From positions 1 through 64,000 of the IMG/VR virus record IMGVR_UViG_3300010354_000064: DNA of 64,000 nt; one strand, 5' to 3'. This document shows positions 55,758 to 62,770 of this stretch, piece by piece. Made by a program: the position numbers and the translations under genes. Under the pieces are notes generated by a model, which saw only the letters and a program-made list of their open reading frames with translations, searched no databases and had not been told where the DNA came from. This stretch comes from a virus. The stretch's first letter is position 1. Every line of letters begins with the position of its first letter.

Positions 55758-58061
55758 CTAGAACTTGACCTCACAGTAGCCGCCAGCGCAAGCCACTTCG
55801 CCCGCGAGGTTCGTCTCATCCCCCTCCTCGACGATGGCCGTGTAGTCCACCGGCTTGTAGCTCTCCAGGATGGCGTTCCAGCGCGCCTCGTCGGCGGGCG
55901 TGGTGACCTCCTCATTCGGGGCGAAAGCGTAGTCCTTGTCGCCGGAAGCAGCCAGCAGGCTGACACCCGTGAAGTACTCGCGGTTCTCCCAGAGGTAGTC
56001 CGCCACCTTGTCCCACTCCTCGGGCCGCACCGTGACGGTGTTGCTGACGTTGTGGTTGAGCCCCGGCGAGTGCTTGGGGTCCGACGTGCCGGGAAGCACC
56101 CAGTTCTGCTGAGTGGACTTCACCATGTCGAGGAACTGGATAGCCCCCAGGTCGGCTCGCACCGTTGCGTTCGCAGGGGCCTCGACCGGAAACTCGATGA
56201 CGTACTTGCCGTCCGGCTTCCTGACGCACATGTGCGGGTTGACCGCCCGGAACGCCTGGAAGACCGTTTCGAGTTCGTCGGCCGTGACGCGACGGATGTA
56301 CCGCTTCGCGTGGTGAGCGTGGTGCCCGGAACCGACACAACCAAGTTCGAGGCTCGTGGTGCCAGAGGGCTTCACGCAGGTCGTACGAGCGGCGGGCTTG
56401 ACCCCAATCTTCGCAGCGTACTCGGCGTTCCACGCCTTGATTTTGCCCGCCACTTCCCGCTGGTACTCGGGGTTGCAGGCGATGTGGGGCGCATCGAGCA
56501 TCCCGGTCATACCGATGCCGAGCAGGGCCTCGCGCTCGGCGAGCGTCTCGCTAATCCACCCGAGGTAGGGCATCCGGGTGTACCCTGCCTGGAGCGTGCC
56601 GATGAGCGTGGCGGCCTTGGCGGCCTCCTCGAAATCCGCGAGGCTCGTGAGCTTGGCCGCGTTGATTTCGCAGAGGTTGCAGAAAGCCCAGCCGGTGTAG
56701 GTCTGCCCGACGGTCACCTTGACTCCACGCGCAGCGAGCTTCGTCTGCTCCTCCTCCGTGATGGTGAGCAGAGGGTTGAGCCCGATTTCGCAGCAGGGAT
56801 TGGTGCCGTAGTCGTAGTTCGCGGTGAAGTAGAAGCCGGGCTCTCCCCATTGGCGCGTCATCTGGAAGATGCGCTTGAACTGCTTTTTCTTCACCTCGTC
56901 ACGCTTCAGAACGACCGAGTTGTTCGCGTTCGCGAAGTAGGGGTCCGTCTCCCACCAGTTGCCGGTCTTCGCAAAGAGCATCTCGGAGTCGTCGAGGCTG
57001 AAGAGGCAAATCATCGCCGAGCGACGGATACCGCCCGAGAGAACGGCGTCAGCCGCGTGGCACATGATGCGGTGGCACTCGATGGGCCGGAGCTTGCGAC
57101 CCTGAGCCTTCGAGAGCACACCTCGGATGCGCTCCAGGGAATCCTTCAGCTTGAGGTGTCCGGGAGCCTTGCCGCCCGACGTGTGAAGCGGAGCACCCGC
57201 GTCGCGAATCAGGTGGTAGGACAACTCCAGGTTCACGCCATCGAGGTAGCTCTGGATGAGCGCCTTCAGCGCATCGGCCCATCCCTCGATGGTGTCCTCG
57301 ACGACGTGGTGGCGGACCTTCTTGGGGTCCACGTAGCCGAGGCCGGGTAGCTTCTCAACGTGGTCAAACTGCACCGAGTAGCCGACCCCGCAACCGGAGA
57401 GCAGGAGGAACAGCGCCTCCGAGAAGACCTCGGGGCGGTCTACCAAGGAAAACGAGCAGTTGTAGATGCGGTTGTTGTTCGAGAGGATGGCGTCACCTCC
57501 GAACTGCATCGACCGCATCGAGGGCAGGACGCGCTTGGCGCGCACGAGGTCGAAGGCCCACTTGATTTCCTCGGCGAGGGCCTCGTACTGGTTGAGGTGC
57601 ATCACCTCAACGCGCTCGACCGTCTCCTCGTAGACCTCTCGGCGGCGCAGACGAGAGACGTACCGGGCATACTTGCCCGCGTGGATGTAGTCGCTGATGG
57701 CCTTGGGGTCGGGAGCCTTCGAGGTGCGCCCACCACGAGCCTCAGCGCGCTTGTGCCGGAAGAGGATGAACGCCTTGGCGACCTCGAACTGCCCGTGCTT
57801 CATGAGGGCCGTCTCGACCGCATCCTGCACACGCTCCACGTCGATAACGTCCTCGGTGAGCGTGTCGATGACGGTGCCGATGACCCTTGTGATGGCGCGT
57901 TCGTCGAGAGTCTTGCACTCCTGCCAGGCGCGGCCGATAGCCCGCCTCAGCTTTTCGACATCGAACGGCTGAAAGGTGTTGCCATCGCGCTTGAGGATTT
58001 TCTTACCCTTGGCTTTGGTCGGTGTGTCTGCGCGGTTGTCGGTTGCGTTCGATGAGAGCAT
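55758..58061 (-). CDS. nrdJ: Class II (B12-dependent, monomeric-type) ribonucleotide reductase with N-terminal ATP cone
   Basis: KRDG...FDVEK ATP cone; LPSMR, YNC, GGIRRSA, GEPG, TNPCCEI, TCVKPSGT, C-terminal ACAGGYCE. Confidence 0.9.
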   Translation of the reverse strand: MLSSNATDNRADTPTKAKGKKILKRDGNTFQPFDVEKLRRAIGRAWQECKTLDERAITRVIGTVIDTLTEDVIDVERVQDAVETALMKHGQFEVAKAFILFRHKRAEARGGRTSKAPDPKAISDYIHAGKYARYVSRLRRREVYEETVERVEVMHLNQYEALAEEIKWAFDLVRAKRVLPSMRSMQFGGDAILSNNNRIYNCSFSLVDRPEVFSEALFLLLSGCGVGYSVQFDHVEKLPGLGYVDPKKVRHHVVEDTIEGWADALKALIQSYLDGVNLELSYHLIRDAGAPLHTSGGKAPGHLKLKDSLERIRGVLSKAQGRKLRPIECHRIMCHAADAVLSGGIRRSAMICLFSLDDSEMLFAKTGNWWETDPYFANANNSVVLKRDEVKKKQFKRIFQMTRQWGEPGFYFTANYDYGTNPCCEIGLNPLLTITEEEQTKLAARGVKVTVGQTYTGWAFCNLCEINAAKLTSLADFEEAAKAATLIGTLQAGYTRMPYLGWISETLAEREALLGIGMTGMLDAPHIACNPEYQREVAGKIKAWNAEYAAKIGVKPAARTTCVKPSGTTSLELGCVGSGHHAHHAKRYIRRVTADELETVFQAFRAVNPHMCVRKPDGKYVIEFPVEAPANATVRADLGAIQFLDMVKSTQQNWVLPGTSDPKHSPGLNHNVSNTVTVRPEEWDKVADYLWENREYFTGVSLLAASGDKDYAFAPNEEVTTPADEARWNAILESYKPVDYTAIVEEGDETNLAGEVACAGGYCEVKF

Positions 58062-58075
58062 GAGTGAGCGTCCTC

Positions 58076-59044
58076 CTAGCCTGAAATCCGCAGCACGGCC
58101 AACTCCACGAGGGTACGTTTGGAGCGAGCCGGTCCCTTTACATCTTCATCTAGTGTGCAGAGGCGACGCATGTGGCCGATGAGGTCGGTCATGCGGTGCT
58201 TCTGCACGATGGGCAAGAACTGCGTCTTGCAACGCCAGGGGTGCATCCCCAGGGCAACGGCAACCTCTTCTTCGGAAGCGCCGCGTTCCACGAGCGACCG
58301 CGCCAGTACCACCTTCTCGGCCTGACGAATCAGCGAGAACGTGATGGGTACGTGCGCTTCGTCCCCCATGACCCTGTAGACGGTCGATAGGACGTTCATC
58401 GCCTTCTTAGTGTCCTTCGAGAAGGCAGCGTCCGCGACTTGGTAAGGCTCCGCCGTCGGCGACGGAGCGATGACGAGCTTGACCTGCTCGGGGCCAACCT
58501 TTGCCTGCTTACCGAGAAGCACCGAGAGCTTGCGAAGCTCGTTCGAGAGCCGGTAAAGGTTGGGGCCGACGAGTTGGAAGAGCAGGCTGCCGATGTTGTC
58601 GTCGAGCAGGAGCCCGAGACGCCGCGCCTCGTTCTCGACCCACTTGACGACCTCATTGTTCGAGTCCCAGGTCTTGAGCTTCTTGTGCTCGATGAGGCGG
58701 CCCTTCTTCGCCGCTTCGCTCCAGATGGCCGGGCACTTCTCGGAGCGCACGATGGCAACGATGACCGTCTGGTCGTCCTTGGGGTCTTTCGCCGAGACGT
58801 ACGCCTTCAGAGCCTTGTCGCCCTTGACCTTGTTCGCCTCGTCGAGGACGATGACGCGCTTGCCGCCGTCCAGACTGCCCGTCTCAGCGAGCCCGACAAG
58901 TTCTCGGTCGTCGATGTCTTCGCCCGACACTTGAATGACGTGACGGTCTTTCCAGGCGAGCGCGCGCTCGATGTCGCGGTCGAGGAAGAAGTCCTCGGCT
59001 CCGAAAGAGACAATAAAGGCTTGGGATGCGTCCTTTGCGGCCAT
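58076..59044 (-). CDS. holA: DNA polymerase III delta subunit-like
   Basis: G.EDFF, SL.GGKRVI, VGPNL..L.NEL.KL, D..VKG. Confidence 0.8.
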   Translation of the reverse strand: MAAKDASQAFIVSFGAEDFFLDRDIERALAWKDRHVIQVSGEDIDDRELVGLAETGSLDGGKRVIVLDEANKVKGDKALKAYVSAKDPKDDQTVIVAIVRSEKCPAIWSEAAKKGRLIEHKKLKTWDSNNEVVKWVENEARRLGLLLDDNIGSLLFQLVGPNLYRLSNELRKLSVLLGKQAKVGPEQVKLVIAPSPTAEPYQVADAAFSKDTKKAMNVLSTVYRVMGDEAHVPITFSLIRQAEKVVLARSLVERGASEEEVAVALGMHPWRCKTQFLPIVQKHRMTDLIGHMRRLCTLDEDVKGPARSKRTLVELAVLRISG

Positions 59045-59047
59045 CCT

Positions 59048-60004
59048 TCAAGCTCCGACGAAGGTTTCGAGCAGCAGGGTCTTCGCGTGAAACGCAAGCT
59101 GAGTCTTCGTCGCGCGCGCCTTCGCGAGCATCGAGTCGAGCCCCTGATGAAGGGTCTGCCAGGTAGTTGGGCTAGGCGAACGCATCTTCCGCAGGGTGTC
59201 TTTCACGTCGAGGTTCAGAACGCGGGTATCGTCCACGTCGAGCACGAGCAAGTCGTGAACGATGGTGTCGAGGAACCGCAAGGTCAAAGGCAAGTCCTTC
59301 TCTAGCTGGTCGAGAAGCAAGAAGACCCCCGCCACGTCTCTCGCGACCGCAGACGTGAGTAGCGATAGGGCCTTGTCGCGAAGAGCCAGACGACCAGACC
59401 CCCAGTATTGGATGGCCTTGCCTACCGAACCTTCGCCTAGTCGCGCGTAGACAAGAGCTTTCGTCACGTCCTTCTCGAACTGCTGCACCTTCTCGTGAAC
59501 GAAGGCTTCGGGCAGCGGACGGAAGTTCAGTACACCGCAACGCGACCGAATCGTCGGAAGAACACGAGCGGCTGACTCGGCAAGCAAGAAAATCCGGGCA
59601 GTTGCGGGAGGTTCTTCAAGCGTCTTGAGAAGAGCGTTCGCAGCAGGAGCCGTCATCCGGTCGGCTCCGTCGATGATGAATACGCGAAGCGCCGACTGCG
59701 TGGGATACGTGTCGATGGCTTCGATAAGCGAGCGTGCCGCGTCAACCCCGATGTCCTTGCCGTCCTGGGGGGCAAGAACGAGGAGGTCAGGGTGCATCCC
59801 CTGCGTAACCTGCAAGCAGTCCACGCACGAGCAGGCTGAAGACCTGTCGCCCGTGCAGAACAGTTCACGGGTCGTCTGAAGCGCAGCGTATCGGCGACCG
59901 ACCCCCTCGCCCCCAAGGAGTAGGAGGGGGTTCGTCAGGCGTCCTTCGACAACGCGCCGCAAGAACAGAACAGCATCATCTTGGTGTAGTACGTCATTCA
60001 ACAC
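59048..60004 (-). CDS. holB: DNA polymerase III delta-prime subunit
   Basis: G.EGVGR, C..C..C, HPDL, AANALLKTLEEPP, LPTIRSRC. Confidence 0.92.
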   Translation of the reverse strand: MLNDVLHQDDAVLFLRRVVEGRLTNPLLLLGGEGVGRRYAALQTTRELFCTGDRSSACSCVDCLQVTQGMHPDLLVLAPQDGKDIGVDAARSLIEAIDTYPTQSALRVFIIDGADRMTAPAANALLKTLEEPPATARIFLLAESAARVLPTIRSRCGVLNFRPLPEAFVHEKVQQFEKDVTKALVYARLGEGSVGKAIQYWGSGRLALRDKALSLLTSAVARDVAGVFLLLDQLEKDLPLTLRFLDTIVHDLLVLDVDDTRVLNLDVKDTLRKMRSPSPTTWQTLHQGLDSMLAKARATKTQLAFHAKTLLLETFVGA

Positions 60005-60185
60005 GCGAGGGCTCCGGCAGCAAGGGGACCGCTGGCGAAGCTAGAGGCTCGACCGGGACGATTTGCAGCACGAGGTGGTAGTTCTGACCGCACTTGCCGC
60101 AAATGTGCCGATGGGGCTCTACGCCACTCGCCATGAGCAGACCCTTACACCGGAGGCACCGGAGGACGGAGCCACTTTCCGACAT
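59994..60185 (-). CDS. Small zinc-finger protein
   Basis: CLRC...CGKCG. Confidence 0.55.
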   Translation of the reverse strand: MSESGSVLRCLRCKGLLMASGVEPHRHICGKCGQNYHLVLQIVPVEPLASPAVPLLPEPSRVE

Positions 60186-60196
60186 GATTTGTCGCC

Positions 60197-60412
60197 TTAG
60201 ATGTCTACCGCGCCGCCCGTGTTGACGCCCCACGAGGTCTTGCACTTGGCGCATTGGTAGAGCCGTCGGCCGCCGACCGTGCCTGGGTGCTTGACCTCGA
60301 TGGCGAGAATGGAGTCGCACTCGGGTCGCTTGCACTTCATGTGAACGGTAGGAGCCGAGGGGTTGGCAGGTCCAGCCAGTCCGGGCGTCGTGCCCGCAGG
60401 GTCGATAGGCAT
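60197..60412 (-). CDS. Small zinc-ribbon protein
   Basis: CKRPEC...LYQCAKCKTSW; GAGGA RBS. Confidence 0.7.
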   Translation of the reverse strand: MPIDPAGTTPGLAGPANPSAPTVHMKCKRPECDSILAIEVKHPGTVGGRRLYQCAKCKTSWGVNTGGAVDI

Positions 60413-60422
60413 GTGCTTTCCT

Positions 60423-60812
60423 CTAGTACTTGGACTTCGGGTACGAAACTGGGAAAAGCAGGGTAAGCACGTAGAGCACGCGCTTGTAAAGCGGGTCCGA
60501 CTGAACCATCGAGGGATTGAGAGTCACCCGAGGCTCTGAAAGCTGATACCCTGCCGATACAGGGAACAGCGTTGGCGAGAACACCCCGTCCCGAACGTAG
60601 GGGTCGATTTTCATCCAGTCGTCCCAGAGAACGGCAACCTCGAAGAAGTCGGACTTGAACGTCATCACACGCACCGTGTCCGTCGTCAGAGGACCCGCAG
60701 CGACGGGGTAGCCGCGCACGTACGTGGTGATAGCCATCGCCACGGCAGGCAAGTCCTGCTGACGAAGGTGGCTCGGCCGTTGGCCGAAGACGAGCCCGAG
60801 GCGGTTGTCCAT
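60423..60812 (-). CDS. Hypothetical protein (late-type promoter)
   Basis: CTAGCCTTCCTAT ends 14 nt before the ATG. Confidence 0.65.
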   Translation of the reverse strand: MDNRLGLVFGQRPSHLRQQDLPAVAMAITTYVRGYPVAAGPLTTDTVRVMTFKSDFFEVAVLWDDWMKIDPYVRDGVFSPTLFPVSAGYQLSEPRVTLNPSMVQSDPLYKRVLYVLTLLFPVSYPKSKY

Positions 60813-60835
60813 GCCCGAGCGTTCCGATAGGAAGG

Positions 60836-61252
60836 CTAGCCCTCGGTCTTGTACTGCTTGCGCCCAGGGAACTTCGGGTACTTGCGGGGCCTCGGCGGCT
60901 CCGGGACGGGCACCGGCTTCACGGGGCCGCGCAGATGCGGCGGCTTTGGGAGCTTCACCGGCTGCGGGGGCTTCGGGTATTTCGGCGGGATGGGGATGGG
61001 ATTACGCGGAACGTGCGGCTTGTCGGGCTTCGGCGGCTGCTTCGGCGGCGTCGGCCGATGCTGGTAGCCTTCGGGCTTGAGGTCTTCAGGACTCGTCCGC
61101 TCGAACCGAGAGCCCTCTTCCTTCATCGTCTCAGGCAGCACGTACACGAGCCGCCCCGTGTCCTTGTTGCGGACGGGAACTTTGCCCTTTCCCTTCGCGG
61201 CTTCGAGCGCCGCGAGGTAGCGGGCCACGACTCGGTGGGCCAGCACGTTCAT
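60836..61252 (-). CDS. Putative virion cargo protein with N-terminal HRVVARYL motif and P/K-rich tail
   Basis: Shared motif; late-type motif ends 16 nt before the ATG. Confidence 0.7.
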   Translation of the reverse strand: MNVLAHRVVARYLAALEAAKGKGKVPVRNKDTGRLVYVLPETMKEEGSRFERTSPEDLKPEGYQHRPTPPKQPPKPDKPHVPRNPIPIPPKYPKPPQPVKLPKPPHLRGPVKPVPVPEPPRPRKYPKFPGRKQYKTEG

Positions 61253-61296
61253 GCACAGAGGCTAGCGCACAAGACCCTTATGCAGTTACTTGGGGT

Positions 61297-61707
61297 GTGA
61301 AGGCGTTACCAGTACTCCCCTGTCACCCGTGCCCACACGGTAACCGCTGCTGCTCGAAAGGAACCAACCTCCGAGACGATGAAGCGGCAGACATCGCAGA
61401 GAAGTACGGGGCCACGACTGTCGTGCTTCTGGTGGGGCACGAGGTCCACGAGAGATTTTCGGTCAACGGAGAAGCCGTCTCCGCAAGTACCCTCTGGAAT
61501 CGAGGTGCGCCCGAATGGGCAACAGCCGTAAGCCAGCGAGGGTGCGTATTCCTCGAACCCGACGGGTCTTGTCGGCTGTACGCGGAGTCCTTCTACCCGC
61601 AGGTCTGCCGGATGTTTCCGTGGAAGGATCTCGCATCGGCTGACCGCGCAGAAGACGCGGAGCTATGCCCCGCGCACGGTCAACCGATGGCGACGCAGAC
61701 CATGTAG
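61297..61707 (+). CDS. YkgJ-family (CxxCxxCC) cysteine-cluster protein
   Basis: CHPC...CC, GCVFL...SCRLY...P.VCRMFP. Confidence 0.8.
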   Translation: MKALPVLPCHPCPHGNRCCSKGTNLRDDEAADIAEKYGATTVVLLVGHEVHERFSVNGEAVSASTLWNRGAPEWATAVSQRGCVFLEPDGSCRLYAESFYPQVCRMFPWKDLASADRAEDAELCPAHGQPMATQTM

Positions 61708-61889
61708 GCCGCGAACCGCTCGGGGCACGGAGTACCCTCGCGCCGGACGGCCTCTTCGGCGATTTTGAGCCACAAGGGCTTGTTGTGGGCCGTCGTGGCC
61801 CACTCGCGGATGGACTTGCTCTCGACCTTCGCGAGGGCGCGAGAGAAGAACGCGCGGGCCTCGGACTTCATGGCGGAGTTGGTGCTCAT
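61680..61889 (-). CDS. Small hypothetical protein
   Basis: Starts at the class I promoter +1; typical codon usage. Confidence 0.7.
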   Translation of the reverse strand: MSTNSAMKSEARAFFSRALAKVESKSIREWATTAHNKPLWLKIAEEAVRREGTPCPERFAAYMVCVAIG

Positions 61890-61925
61890 GCTGCCTCTAC
61901 GAGGTGAGGAGGTCGTGTACCAACG
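61890..61925 (-). promoter_or_regulatory. Class I bipartite promoter, copy 4
   Basis: CGTTGGTAC-N13-CTCGTAGA-N6-ATG. Confidence 0.75.
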
Positions 61926-61934
61926 CCCCGACCC

Positions 61935-61979
61935 CAGAAACTACGAGAGCCGGTACCTCGGCCAAGGTATCCGGCTCTC
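61935..61979 (-). terminator. 3' terminal hairpin of the candidate ncRNA
   Basis: GAGAGCCGG-A-TACCTTGGCCGAGGTA-CCGGCTCTC followed by GTAGTTTCT. Confidence 0.55.
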
Positions 61980-62452
61980 AGCGACCAGTATGGCTCGTCG
62001 TCGCCCCGACCCTTTGGTGGTCGGCACCCCCGCGCTCTGGGTTCGCGGTCCCCCGGCTGCGTCCGCCGGACGACCTCTCTGACAGTTGCCCGTCTTGCCC
62101 CTTGGCCGGAGGCTCCCGTGAGAGACGGGAAGTTGGTGGGCTCGTTGCCACCAGGGAACGGCATCGAGAGCGTGGCCCTCGGCAGACCCGTTAGGTCGAG
62201 CCCGGAAAGGTTGGAGTGCGCCCCCGATCTCTCCTCGGGGGCTTGGAGCCGAGCAACCCTCTGCTCGGGGGAGTCCGGCCCTAGAAACCGGAGGTATCGA
62301 AAACTTGCCGGGCTCGTCACCCCGGCGGGAGCCTCGGTCTTTCCTACCATCCCCCCACTCTTGCGAGGGGGAGCCCGACCTCTTTCGAGGCCCCGGAACC
62401 AGCACCCTTGGTTAGCTGGCCTCCGGCCCGACCGTTTCGGCGTCGTCCCTAC
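61935..62452 (-). ncRNA. Candidate large structured non-coding RNA (~515 nt), family not recognised
   Basis: Has its own class I promoter but no start codon at +1. Nested long-range helices, more than 12 hairpins (three with GNRA loops), 3' terminator-like stem. Confidence 0.7.
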
Positions 62453-62488
62453 ACTCCCTCTACGAGGTGAGCCCGCTGACTATCAACG
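62453..62488 (-). promoter_or_regulatory. Class I bipartite promoter, copy 5 (drives the ncRNA)
   Basis: CGTTGATAG-N13-CTCGTAGA-N6, then GTAGGGACGAC. Confidence 0.75.
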
Positions 62489-62698
62489 GGTTTCTTCGTA
62501 GAGGGCGACCCTTCCTGCTGCCGCCTTCGCTTCCCACCGCTGCACCGCCTGAATGACACGGTGACGGTAGGAGCCGTCCGCTTCTGACGGCCGACGCGCA
62601 ACCTCGACGCCCATCGAACGGACGAGCCGCTCCAGGGCCGAGGTCGGCACCTGACGCAGTTCGTCGAACTTCAGGGTGATGGTCAGCGAGCGGCGCAT
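62483..62698 (-). CDS. Small hypothetical protein
   Basis: Starts at the class I promoter +1 (MRRSLT). Confidence 0.7.
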   Translation of the reverse strand: MRRSLTITLKFDELRQVPTSALERLVRSMGVEVARRPSEADGSYRHRVIQAVQRWEAKAAAGRVALYEETR

Positions 62699-62734
62699 AC
62701 CTCCTCTACGAGGTGAGCGTGCCGAGCACCAACG
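62699..62734 (-). promoter_or_regulatory. Class I bipartite promoter, copy 6
   Basis: CGTTGGTGC-N13-CTCGTAGA-N6-ATG. Confidence 0.75.
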
Positions 62735-62770
62735 GAGGGTCGGCACTTTTCTAGAACTACCGACGTTTCG

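Noticed and set aside
25741-58061. Inteins or introns in terL, recA, dnaX, ligA or nrdJ
   Set aside because: The proteins are normal length with contiguous motifs; no intein termini or LAGLIDADG blocks seen.
61945-61979. Group II intron domain V (GAGCCGGAU...CCGGCUC)
   Set aside because: No AC bulge or GNRA loop, no domain VI or GUGYG 5' end, no interrupted gene or RT. A terminator is the simpler reading.
61935-62452. Identifying the structured RNA as RNase P RNA (AGGAAAGACCGAGGCUCC resembles GAGGAAAGUCCGGGCUCC)
   Set aside because: The P4 bulged-U position is A, I found no 3' ACAGAAnnCGGCUUA-like partner, and the helix order does not fit. Left unassigned pending cmscan.
61886-62501. ORFs 61886..62350(-), 61941..62405(-), 62118..62501(+), 61904..62194(+)
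   Set aside because: P/G/R/S-rich translations without the genome's codon bias or any motif; better explained as by-products of a GC-rich structured RNA.
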